Below, in pieces: positions 50,301-61,960 of a stretch of DNA of 64,000 nt (within the stretch, counting starts at the first letter, position 1; the number at the start of each line of letters is the position of its first letter). The translations under genes and the position numbers were made by a program. Origin of the DNA: Lingula anatina (Eukaryota; Animalia; Brachiopoda); NCBI GenBank assembly GCA_051362555.1, contig CM120642.1:21886001-21950000 (forward strand), given 5' to 3'. A model generated the notes under the pieces. The model was not told the origin of the DNA. It ran no database searches and was given only the letters and a program-made list of their open reading frames with translations.

Positions 50301-50795
50301 CCACTAGAGCCGATCTTGATATCATCGCCTTTTCGAGTGTGATAGTAGAGCTGGACCAATCGCGACGCTTTCGACACACTGCTTACAATGGTTCCAACAA
50401 ATTCCAGTATTTTTTAATTACTTTCAAAGGACTTGAGCCGATTTTGATAGATTGGACTTTCCGATTGTGGTAGTTGAGCTGGACCAATCGCTGGGCTGCG
50501 GGAAAAGTCCAGGCTCCCCCTTGGATTCGAACCCAGAGACTCTTGCACACCGTACGGCCGCTGTACCAACTGAGCTACCCAGCCAGGACCAACCTCCAGC
50601 AGCCACCACAAGGGCTAAAGCCGGTCTTGACATCTTCGACTTTCCGAGTGTGGTAGTAGAGCTAGGCCAATGGCAACGCTTTCGACACACCGCTTACCAT
50701 GGTTCCAACAAATTCCAGTACTTTTAAATTACTTTGAAAGGACTTGAGCCGATTTTGATAGCTTGGACTTTCGATTGTGGTAGCTGAGCTGGACC
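44320..50795 (-). repeat. Left-arm tandem array: ~310-bp units with tRNA-like cassette (~19 copies) plus 128-bp cassette-less units; 1,801-bp higher-order repeat
   Basis: ORF offsets of 310 and 438 (=310+128). 46205/48006, 46643/48444 and 46953/48754 all differ by 1801. Confidence 0.95.
46722..46795 (-). ncRNA. Representative left-arm tRNA-like Pol III cassette (not a canonical tRNA)
   Basis: GGCTGTG-TAGCTCAGTTGGTAGAGC-A-CCTGCACTTTGTGCAAG-AGTCC-CCGGGTTCGAATCCCAG-GGGGAGCCT, then GGACTTTT. Intact D arm/A box and T loop/B box. Acceptor and anticodon stems mismatched. Confidence 0.7.
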
Positions 50796-53700
50796 CCTTC
50801 TTTCTTCATCTCTAAAGCCCTTCCTTTCCTTTCTTTTTTCATCTCTGAATCCCTTCCTTTCCTTTCTTTTCACGTCTCTTAAGCCCTTTTTTTTTCATCT
50901 CTAAAGCCCTTCCTTTATTTTCTTTTTTCATCTCTATGCCCTTCTTTTTATTTCTTTTTTGCTCTCTAAAGCCCTTCTTTCTTCATCTCTTAAGCCCTTC
51001 CTTTCCTTTCTTTTTTGCTCTCTTAAGCTCTTCCTTTCCTTTCTTTTTTCATCTCTGATACCCTTCCTTTCCTTTCTTTTTGCACTCTTAAGCCCTTCTT
51101 TTTCATCTCTAAAGCCCTTCTTTTTCTTTCTTTTTTGCTCTCTACAGCCCTTCCTTTCCTTTCTTTTTTCATCTCTTAAGCCCTTCTTTTTTCATCTCTG
51201 AAGCCCTTCCTTTCCTTTCTTTTTTGCTCTCTTAAGCCCTTCCTTTCCTTTCTTTTTGCACTCTTAAGCCCTTCTTTTTCATCTCTAAAGCCCTTTTTTT
51301 TCTTTCTTTTTTGCTCTCTTAAGCCCTTCCTTTCCTTTCTTTTTTGCTCTCTTAAGCCCTTCCTTTCCTTTCTTTTTTGCTCTCTTAAGCCCTTATTTTT
51401 TCATCTCTGAAGCCCTTCTTTCCTTTCTTTTCACGTCTCTTAAGCCCTTCTTTTTTCATCTCTAAAGCCCTTCCTTTCCTTTCTTTTCACGTCTCTTAAG
51501 CCCTTCTTTTTATTTCTTTTTTGCTCTCTAAAGCCCTTCTTTCTTCATCTCTTAAGCCCTTCCTTTCCTTTCTTTTTTGCTCTCTTAAGCCCTTCCTTTC
51601 CTTTCTTTTTTGCTCTCTTAAGCCCTTATTTTTTCATCTCTGAAGCCCTTCCTTTCCTTTCTTTTCACGTCTCTTAAGCCCTTCTTTTTTCATCTCTAAA
51701 GCCCTTCCTTTATTTTCTTTTTTCATCTCTATGCCCTTCTTTTTATTTCTTTTTTGCTCTCTAAAGCCCTTCTTTCTTCATCTCTAAAGCCCTTCCTTTC
51801 CTTTCTTTTTTGCTCTCTTAAGCTCTTCCTTTCCTTACTTTTTTCATCTCTGAAGCCCTTCCTTTCCTTTATTTTTGCACTCTTAAGCCCTTCTTTTTCA
51901 TCTCTAAAGCCCTTCTTTTTCTTTCTTTTTTGCTCTCTACAGCCCTTCCTTTCCTTTCTTTTTTCATCTCTTAAGCCCTTCTTTTTTCATCTCTGAAGCC
52001 CTTCCTTTCCTTTCTTTTTTGCTCTCTTAAGCCCTTCCTTTCCTTTCTTTTTGCACTCTTAAGCCCTTCTTTTTCATCTCTAAAGCCCTTTTTTTTCTTT
52101 CTTTTTTGTTCTCTTAAGCCCTTCTTTTTCATCTCTAAAGCCCTTCTTTTTCTTTCTTTTTTGCTCTCTACAGCCCTTCCTTTCCTTTCTTTTTTCATCT
52201 CTTAAGCCCTTCTTTTTTCATCTCTGAAGCCCTTCCTTTCCTTTCTTTTTTGCTCTCTTAAGCCCTTCCTTTCCTTTCTTTTTTCGTCTCTGAAGCCCTT
52301 CCTTTCCTTTCTTTTTTGCTCTCTTAAGCCCTTATTTTTTCATCTCTGAAGCCCTTCCTTTCCTTTCTTTTCACGTCTCTTAAGCCCTTCTTTTTTCATC
52401 TCTAAAGCCCTTCCTTTATTTTCTTTTTTCATCTATATGCCCTTCTTTTTATTTCTTTTTTGCTCTCTAAAGCCCTTCTTTCTTCATCTCTAAAGCCCTT
52501 CCTTTCCTTTCTTTTTTGCTCTCTTAAGCTCTTCCTTTCCTTACTTTTTTCATCTCTGAAGCCCTTCCTTTCCTTTATTTTTGCACTCTTAAGCCCTTCT
52601 TTTTCATCTCTAAAGCCCTTTTTTTTCTTTCTTTTTTGTTCTCTTAAGCCCTTCTTTTTCATCTCTAAAGCCCTTCTTTTTCTTTCTTTTTTGCTCTCTA
52701 CAGCCCTTCCTTTCCTTTCTTTTTTCATCTCTTAAGCCCTTCTTTTTTCATCTCTGAAGCCCTTCCTTTCCTTTCTTTTTTGCTCTCTTAAGCCCTTCCT
52801 TTCCTTTCTTTTTGCACTCTTAAGCCCTTCTTTTTCATCTCTAAAGCCCTTTTTTTTCTTTCTTTTTTGTTCTCTTAAGCCCTTCTTTTTCATCTCTAAA
52901 GCCCTTCTTTTTCTTTCTTTTTTGCTCTCTACAGCCCTTCCTTTCCTTTCTTTTTTCATCTCTTAAGCCCTTCTTTTTTCATCTCTGAAGCCCTTCCTTT
53001 CCTTTCTTTTTTGCTCTCTTAAGCCCTTCCTTTCCTTTCTTTTTGCACTCTTAAGCCCTTCTTTTTCATCTCTAAAGCCCTTCTTTTTCTTTCTTTTTTG
53101 CTCTCTAAAGCCCTTCCTTTCCTTTCTTTTTTCATCTCTTAAGCCCTTCTTTTTTCATCTCTGAAGCCCTTCCTGTCCTTTCTTTTTTTGCTCTCTTAAG
53201 CCCTTCCTTTCCTTTCTTTTTTGCTCTCTTAAGCCCTTCTTTTTCATCTCTAAAGCCCTTTTTTTTCTTTCTTTTTTGCTCTCTTAAGCCCTTCCTTTCC
53301 TTTCTTTTTTGCTCTCTTAAGCCCTTCCTTTCCTTTCTTTTTTGCTCTCTTAAGCCCTTCCTTTCCTTTCTTTTTTGCTCTCTTAAGCCCTTCTTTTTTC
53401 ATCTCTTAAGCCCTTCCTTTCCTTTCTTTTTTGCTCTCTTAAGCCCTTCTTTTTTCATCTCTGAAGCCCTTCCTGTCCTTTCTTTTTTGCTCTCTTAAGC
53501 CCTTCCTTTCCTTTCTTTTTTGCTCTCTTAAGCCCTTCTTTTTTCATCTCTTAAGCCCTTCCTTTCCTTTCTTTTTTGCTCTCTTAAGCCCTTCTTTTTT
53601 CATCTCTGAAGCCCTTCCTGTCCTTTCTTTTTTGCTCTCTTAAGCCCTTCCTTTCCTTTCTTTTTTCATCTCTTAAGCCCTTCTTTTTTCATCTCTGAAG

Positions 53701-55494
53701 CCCTTCCTTTCCTTTCTTTTTTGCTCTCTTAAGCCCTTCCTTTCCTTTCTTTTTGCACTCTTAAGCCCTTCTTTTTCATCTCTAAAGCCCATCTTTTTCT
53801 TTCTTTTTTGCTCTCTAAAGCCCTTCCTTTCCTTTCTTTTTTCATCTCTGAAGCCCTTCCTTTCCTTTCTTTTTTCATCTCTAAAGCCCATCTTTTTCTT
53901 TCTTTTTTGCTCTCTAAAGCCCTTCCTTTCCTTTCTTTTTTCATCTCTGAAGCCCTTCCTTTCCTTTCTTTTTTCATCTCTGAAGCCCTTCCTTTCCTTT
54001 CTTTTTTCGTCTCTGAAGCCCTTCCTTTCCTTTCTTTTTTGCTCTCTTAGGCCCTTCTTTTTTCATCTCTGAAGCCCTTCCTTTCCTTTCTTTTCACGTC
54101 TCTTAAGCCCTTCTTTTTTCATCTCTAAAGCCCTTCCTTTTCTTTCTTTTTTGCTCTCTTAAGCCCTTCCTTTCATTTCTTTTCACGTCTCTTAAGCCCT
54201 TCTTTTTTCATCTCTAAAGCCCTTCCTTTATTTTCTTTTTTCATCTCTATGCCCTTTTTTTTATTTCTTTTTTGCTCTCTAAAGCCCTTCTTTCTTCATC
54301 TCTAAAGCCCTTCCTTTCCTTTCTTTTTTGCTCTCTTAAGCTCTTCCTTTCCTTTCTTTTTGCACTCTTAAGCCCTTCTTTTTCATCTCTAAAGCCCTTC
54401 TTTTTCTTTCTTTTTTGCTCTCTAAAGCCCTTCTTTTTCATCTCTAAAGCCCTTCTTTTTCTTTCTTTTTTGCTCTCTACAGCCCTTCCTTTCCTTTCTT
54501 TTTTATCTCTTAAGCCCTTCTTTCTTCATCTCTAAAGCCCTTCCTTTCCTTTCTTTTTTGCTCTCTTAAGCTCTTCCTTTCCTTTCTTTTTGCACTCTTA
54601 AGCCCTTCTTTTTCATCTCTAAAGCCCTTCTTTTTCTTTCTTTTTTGCTCTCTAAAGCCCTTCTTTTTCATCTCTAAAGCCCTTCTTTTTCTTTCTTTTT
54701 TGCTCTCTTAGGCCCTTCCTTTCCTTTCTTTTTTGCTCTCTTAAGCCCTTCTTTTTTCATCTCTGAAGCCCTTCCTGTCCTTTCTTTTTTGCTCTCTTAA
54801 GCCCTTCCTTTCCTTTCTTTTTTGCTCTCTTAAGCCCTTCTTTTTTCATCTCTTAAGCCCTTCCTTTCCTTTCTTTTTTGCTCTCTTAAGCCCTTCCTTT
54901 CCTTTCTTTTTTGCTCTCTTAAGCCCTTCCTTTCCTTTCTTTTTTGCTCTCTTAAGCCCTTCTTTTTTCATCTCTGAAGCCCTTCCTTTCCTTTCTTTTT
55001 TCATCTCTGAAGCCCTTCCTTTCCTTTCTTTTTTCATCTCTGAAGCCCTTCCTTTCCTTTCTTTTTTGCTCTCTAAAGCCCTTCTTTTTTGCTCTCTTAA
55101 GCCCTTCCTTTCCTTTCTTTTTTCATCTCTGAAGCCCTTCCTTTCCTTTCTTTTTTCATCTCTGAAGCCCTTCTTTTTTCATCTCTAAAGCCCTTCCTTT
55201 CCTTTCTTTTTTCATCTCTAAAGCCCTTCCTTTCCTTTCTTTTTGCTCTCTAAAGCCCTTCTTTTTTCATCTCTAAGGCCCTTCCTTTCTTTTCTTTTCT
55301 GCTCTTTTAAGCCCTTCCTTTTTTTTTTATTTCTCTTAAGCCCTTCCTTTCCTTTCTTTTTTCGTCTCTAAAGCCCTTCTTTTTCTTTCTTTTTTGCTCT
55401 CTAAAGCCCTTCTTTTTTGCTCTCTAAAGCCCTTCTTTTTTCATCTCTAAAGCCCTTATTTTTCATCTCTAAGGCCCTTCCTTTCTTTTCTTTT
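50796..55494. repeat. 4.7-kb polypyrimidine/polypurine satellite (AAGCCCTTCCTTTCCTTTCTTTTTTGCTCTCTT ~32 bp and AAGCCCTTCTTTTTTCATCTCT ~23 bp units)
   Basis: The plus strand is almost entirely C/T punctuated by AAG. Larger blocks recur at ~700-800 bp (ORFs 50959/51754/52460; 51971/52732). Confidence 0.97.
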
Positions 55495-58400
55495 GTCGGA
55501 ACCATGGTTAGCGGTCTGTCAAAAGCGTCGCAATTGGTCCAGCTATACTACCACACTCGGAAAGTCGAAGATGTCAAGATCAGCTCCAGTCCTTATGGTG
55601 GCTTGCAGGGTTGACATTGTCTGGGTAGCTCAGTTGGTAGTCTCCGGGTTCAAATCCCAGGGGGAACCTGGACTTTTCTCGCAGCCCAGCGATTGGTCCA
55701 GCTCAACAACCACAATCGGAAGTCCAAGCTATCAAAATCGGCTCTAGTCCTTTGAAACTAATATAAAAATACTGGAATTTGTCGGAACCATGGTTAGCGG
55801 TCTGTCGAAAGCGTCGCAATTGGTCCAGCTATACTACCACACTCGGAAAGTCGAAGATGTCAAGATCAGCTTCAGTCCTTATGGTGGCTTGCAGGGTTGA
55901 CCTTGGCTGGGTAGCTCAGTTGTTAGAGCAGCCACACTGGTGTGCAGGAGTCTCCGGGTTCAAATCCCAGAAGGAGCTTGGACTTTTTTCGCAGCCCAGC
56001 GATTGTTCAGCTCAACTACCACATTCGGAAAGTCCTTCGAAAGTACTTTAAAAATACTGGAATTTGTTGGAACCATGGTAAGAGGTGTGTCGAAAGCGTC
56101 GCAATTGGTCCAGCTATACTACCACACTCGGAAAGTCGAAGATGTCAAGATCAGCTCCAGTCCTTGTGGTGGCTTGCAGGGTTGACCTTGTCTGGGTAGC
56201 TCAGTTGGTAGAGCAGCCACACTGGTGTGCAGGTGTCTCCGGGTTCAAATCCCAGGGGGAGCTTGGACTTTTTTCGCAGCCCAGCGATTGGTCAGCTCAA
56301 CTACCACAATCAGAAATTCCAAGCTATCTAAATCGACTCTAGTCCTTTGAAAATACTTTAAAAATACTGGAATTTGTCGGAACCATGGTTAGCGGTCTGT
56401 CGAAAGCGTCGCAATTGGTCCAGCTCTACTACCATACTCGGAAAGTCGAAGATGTCAAGATCGGCTTTAGCCCTTGTGGTGGCTTACAGGGTTGACCTTG
56501 GCTGGGTAGCTCAGTTGGTAGAGCAGCCACACTGGTGTGCAGGAGTCTCCGGGTTCAAATCCCAGGGGGAGCTTGGACCTTTTTCGCAGCCCAGCGATTG
56601 TTCAGCTCAACTACCACATTCGGAAAGTCCAAGCTATCAAAATCGGCTCTAGTCCTTCGAAAGTACTTTAAAAATACTGGAATTTGTTGGAACCATGGTA
56701 AGAGGTGTGTCGAAAGCGTCGCAATTGGTCCAGCTATACTGCCACACTCGGAAAGTCGATGATGTCAAGATCGGCTTTAGCCCTTGTGGTGGCTTACAGG
56801 GTTGACCATGGCTGGGTAGCTCAGTTGGTAGAGCAGCCACACTGGTGTGCAGGTGTCTCCGGGTTCAAATCCCAGGGGGAGCTTGGACTTTTTTCGCAGC
56901 CCAGCGATTGGTCAGCTCAACTACCACAATCAGAAATTCCAAGCTATCTAAATCGACTCTAGTCCTTTGAAAATACTTTAAAAATACTGGAATTTGTCGG
57001 AACCATGGTTAGCGGTCTGTCGAAAGCGTCGCAATTGGTCCAGCTCTACTACCATACTCGGAAAGTCGAAGATGTCAAGATCGGCTTTAGCCCTTGTGGT
57101 GGCTTACAGGGTTGACCTTGGCTGGGTAGCTCAGTTGGTAGAGCAGCCACACTGGTGTGCAGGAGTCTCCGGGTTCAAATCCCAGGGGGAGCTTGGACCT
57201 TTTTCGCAGCCCAGCGATTGTTCAGCTCAACTACCACATTCGGAAAGTCCAGGCTATCAAAATCGGCTCTAGTCCTTCGAAAGTACTTTAAAAATACTGG
57301 AATTTGTTGGAACCATGGTAAGAGGTGTGTCGAAAGCGTCGCAATTGGTCCAGCTATACTGCCACACTCGGAAAGTCGATGATGTCAAGATCGGCTTTAG
57401 CCCTTGTGGTGGCTTACAGGGTTGACCATGGCTGGGTAGCTCAGTTGGTAGAGCAGCCACACTGGTGTGCAGGAGTCTCCGGGTTCAAATCCCAGGGGGA
57501 GCTTGGACTTTTTTCGCAGCCCAGCGATTGGTCAGCTCAACTACCACAATCAGAAATTCCAAGCTATCTAAATCGACTCTAGTCCTTTGAAAATACTTTA
57601 AAAATACTGGAATTTGTCGGAACCATGGTTAGCTCAACTACCACATTCGGAAAGTCCAAGCTATCAAAATCGGCTCTAGTCCTTCGAAAGTACTTTAAAA
57701 ATACTGGAATTTGTCGGAACCATGGTAAGAGGTGTGTCGAAAGCGTCGCAATTGGTCCAGCTATACTACCACACTCGGAAAGTCGAAGATGTCAAGATCA
57801 GCTCCAGTCCTTATGGTGGCTTGCAGGGTTGACATTGTCTGGTTAGCTCAGTTGGTAGAGCAGCCACACTGGTGTGCAGGAGTCTCCGGGTTCAAATCCC
57901 AGGGGGAACCTGGACTTTTCTCGCAGCCCAGCGATTGGTCCAGCTCAACTACCACAATCGTAAAGTCCAAGCTATCAAAATCGGCTCTAGTCCTTCGAAA
58001 GTACTTTAAAAATACTGGAATTTGTTGGAACCATGGTAAGAGGTGTGTCGAAAGCGTCGCAATTGGTCCAGCTATACTACCACACTCGGAAAGTCGAAGA
58101 TGTCAAGATCGGCTTTAGCCCTTGTGGTGGCTGCAGGATTGACCTTGGCTGGGTAGCTCAGTTGGTAGAGCAGCCACACTGGTGTGCAGGAGTCTCAGGG
58201 TTCAAATCCCAGGGGGAGCTTGGACTTTTTTCGCAGCCCAGCGATTGGTCAGCTCAACTACCACATTCGGAAAGTCCATGCTATCAAAATCGGCTCTAGT
58301 CCTTCGAAAGTACTTTAAAAATACTGGAATTTGTTGGAACCATGGTAAGAGGTGTGTCGAAAGCGTCGCAATTGGTCCAGCTATACTACCACACTCGGAA

Positions 58401-61400
58401 AGTCGAAGATGTCAAGATCAGCTCCAGTCCTTATGGTGGCTTGCAGGGTTGACATTGTCTGGTTAGCTCAGTTGGTAGAGCAGCCACACTGGTGTGCAGG
58501 AGTCTCCGGGTTCAAATCCCAGGGGGAACCTGGACTTTTCTCGCAGCCCAGCGATTGGTCCAGCTCAACTACCACAATCGTAAAGTCCAAGCTATCAAAA
58601 TCGGCTCTAGTCCTTCGAAAGTACTTTAAAAATACTGGAATTTGTTGGAACCATGGTAAGAGGTGTGTCGAAAGCGTCGCAATTGGTCCAGCTATACTAC
58701 CACACTCGGAAAGTCGAAGATGTCAAGATCGGCTTTAGCCCTTGTGGTGGCTGCAGGATTGACCTTGGCTGGGTAGCTCAGTTGGTAGAGCAGCCACACT
58801 GGTGTGCAGGAGTCTCAGGGTTCAAATCCCAGGGGGAGCTTGGACTTTTCGCAGCCCAGCGATTGGTCAGCTCAACTACCACATTCGGAAAGTCCATGCT
58901 ATCAAAATCGGCTCTAGTCCTTCGAAAGTACTTTAAAAATACTGGAATTTGTTGGAACCATGGTAAGAGGTGTGTCGAAAGCGTCGCAATTGGTCCAGCT
59001 ATACTGCCACACTCGGAAAGTCGATGATGTCAAGATCGGCTTTAGCCCTTGTGGTGGCTTACAGGGTTGACCATGGCTGGGTAGCTCAGTTGGTAGAGCA
59101 GCCACACTGGTGTGCAGGAGTCTCCGGGTTCAAATCCCAGGGGGAGCTTGGACTTTTTTCGCAGCCCAGCGATTGGTCAGCTCAACTACCACAATCAGAA
59201 ATTCCAAGCTATCTAAATCGACTCTAGTCCTTTGAAAATACTTTAAAAATACTGGAATTTGTCGGAACCATGGTTAGCTCAACTACCACATTCGGAAAGT
59301 CCAAGCTATCAAAATCGGCTCTAGTCCTTCGAAAGTACTTAAAAAATACTGGAATTTGTCGGAACCATGGTAAGAGGTGTGTCGAAAGCGTCGCAATTGG
59401 TCCAGCTATACTACCACACTCGGAAAGTCGAAGATGTCAAGATCAGCTCCAGTCCTTATGGTGGCTTGCAGGGTTGACATTGTCTGGTTAGCTCAGTTGG
59501 TAGAGCAGCCACACTGGTGTGCAGGAGTCTCCGGGTTCAAATCCCAGGGGGAACCTGGACTTTTCTCGCAGCCCAGCGATTGGTCCAGCTCAACTACCAC
59601 AATCGTAAAGTCCAAGCTATCAAAATCGGCTCTAGTCCTTCGAAAGTACTTTAAAAATACTGGAATTTGTTGGAACCATGGTAAGAGGTGTGTCGAAAGC
59701 GTCGCAATTGGTCCAGCTATACTACCACACTCGGAAAGTCGAAGATGTCAAGATCGGCTTTAGCCCTTGTGGTGGCTGCAGGATTGACCTTGGCTGGGTA
59801 GCTCAGTTGGTAGAGCAGCCACACTGGTGTGCAGGAGTCTCAGGGTTCAAATCCCAGGGGGAGCTTGGACTTTTTTCGCAGCCCAGCGATTGGTCAGCTC
59901 AACTACCACATTCGGAAAGTCCATGCTATCAAAATCGGCTCTAGTCCTTCGAAAGTACTTTAAAAATACTGGAATTTGTTGGAACCATGGTAAGAGGTGT
60001 GTCGAAAGCGTCGCAATTGGTCCAGCTATACTGCCACACTCGGAAAGTCGATGATGTCAAGATCGGCTTTAGCCCTTGTGGTGGCTTACAGGGTTGACCA
60101 TGGCTGGGTAGCTCAGTTGGTAGAGCAGCCACACTGGTGTGCAGGAGTCTCCGGGTTCAAATCCCAGGGGGAGCTTGGACTTTTTTCGCAGCCCAGCGAT
60201 TGGTCAGCTCAACTACCACAATCAGAAATTCCAAGCTATCTAAATCGACTCTAGTCCTTTGAAAATACTTTAAAAATACTGGAATTTGTCGGAACCATGG
60301 TTAGCTCAACTACCACATTCGGAAAGTCCAAGCTATCAAAATCGGCTCTAGTCCTTCGAAAGTACTTTAAAAATACTGGAATTTGTCGGAACCATGGTAA
60401 GAGGTGTGTCGAAAGCGTCGCAATTGGTCCAGCTATACTACCACACTCGGAAAGTCGAAGATGTCAAGATCAGCTCCAGTCCTTATGGTGGCTTGCAGGG
60501 TTGACATTGTCTGGTTAGCTCAGTTGGTAGAGCAGCCACACTGGTGTGCAGGAGTCTCCGGGTTCAAATCCCAGGGGGAACCTGGACTTTTCTCGCAGCC
60601 CAGCGATTGGTCCAGCTCAACTACCACAATCGTAAAGTCCAAGCTATCAAAATCGGCTCTAGTCCTTCGAAAGTACTTTAAAAATACTGGAATTTGTTGG
60701 AACCATGGTAAGAGGTGTGTCGAAAGCGTCGCAATTGGTCCAGCTATACTACCACACTCGGAAAGTCGAAGATGTCAAGATCGGCTTTAGCCCTTGTGGT
60801 GGCTGCAGGATTGACCTTGGCTGGGTAGCTCAGTTGGTAGAGCAGCCACACTGGTGTGCAGGAGTCTCAGGGTTCAAATCCCAGGGGGAGCTTGGACTTT
60901 TTTCGCAGCCCAGCGATTGGTCAGCTCAACTACCACATTCGGAAAGTCCATGCTATCAAAATCGGCTCTAGTCCTTCGAAAGTACTTTAAAAATACTGGA
61001 ATTTGTTGGAACCATGGTAAGAGGTGTGTCGAAAGCGTCGCAATTGGTCCAGCTATACTGCCACACTCGGAAAGTCGATGATGTCAAGATCGGCTTTAGC
61101 CCTTGTGGTGGCTTACAGGGTTGACCATGGCTGGGTAGCTCAGTTGGTAGAGCAGCCACACTGGTGTGCAGAATTCTCCGTGTTCAAATCCCAGGGGGAG
61201 CCTGGACTTTTCTCGCAGCCCAGCGATTGGTCCAGCTCAACTACCACAATCGGAAAGTCCAAGCTATCACAATCGGCTCTAGTTCTTTGAAACTAATATA
61301 AAAATACTGGAATTTGTTAGAACCATGGTAAGAGGTGTTTCGAAAGCGTCGCGAATGGTCCAGCTCAACTACCACAATCGGAAAGTCCAAGCTATCAAAA

Positions 61401-61960
61401 TCTGCTCTAGTTCTTCGAAAGTACTTTAAAAATACTGGAATTTGTTGGAACCATGGTAAGCGGTGTGTCGAAAGCGTCGCAATTGGTCCAGCTATACTAC
61501 CACACTCGGAAAATCGATGATGTCAAGATCGGCTTAAGCCCTTGTGGTGGCTGCTGGGGGTTGGTCCTGGCTCTGTAGCTCGGTTGGTAGAGTACCCGCA
61601 CTGTGTGCAAGAGTTTCCTGGTTAGAATCCCATGGGGAGCCTGGACTTTTCTCGCAGCCTAGCGATTGGTCCAGCTCAACTACCACAATCGAAAAGTCCA
61701 AGCTATCAAAATCGGCTCTAGTCCTTTGAAAGTAATTTAAAAATACTGGAATTTGTTGGAACCATGGAAAGCAGTGTGTTGAAAGCGTCGCGATTGGTCC
61801 AGCTCTACTATCACACTTGGAAAGTCAATTAAAGATGTCAAGATCGGCTTTAGCCCTTCCGGTGACATCCAGAGTTAGCCTTGGTTGGGTAGCTCAGTTG
61901 GTAGAGCACCCACACCGGTGTGCAAGAGTCTCCTGGTTCAAATCCCAGTGGGATCATTCA
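55495..61960 (+). repeat. Right-arm tandem array: ~310-bp units with tRNA-like cassette (~20 copies); 620-bp and 1,027-bp higher-order repeats
   Basis: ORF offsets of 620 (56374/56994, 57732/58352) and 1027 (58970/59997/61024, 59377/60404). Confidence 0.95.
56500..56574 (+). ncRNA. Representative right-arm tRNA-like Pol III cassette
   Basis: GGCTGGG-TAGCTCAGTTGGTAGAGC-A-GCCACACTGGTGTGCAGG-AGTCT-CCGGGTTCAAATCCCAG-GGGGAGCTT, followed by GGAC and a T run. Confidence 0.7.

Noticed and set aside
50959-55037. Lys/Arg/Glu-rich and Phe/Leu/Ser-rich ORFs
   Set aside because: Direct translation of the polypyrimidine satellite.
44838-61729. Repeated 60-130-aa ORFs (MCRKRCDWSSS..., MVVELDQSLG...) as a tandem gene family
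   Set aside because: They overlap on both strands, many begin at GTG/TTG, they run through the tRNA-like cassette, and indels break them freely.
44320-61960. CRISPR-like array (62-bp repeats alternating with other sequence)
   Set aside because: The intervening segments are themselves repeated rather than unique, the context is eukaryotic, and no cas genes are present.
44320-61960. Hammerhead-ribozyme retrozyme array (similar unit size in metazoans)
   Set aside because: I could not find the CTGANGA...GAAA core on either strand of the unit. An Infernal/RNAMotif scan would be needed to exclude other ribozymes.
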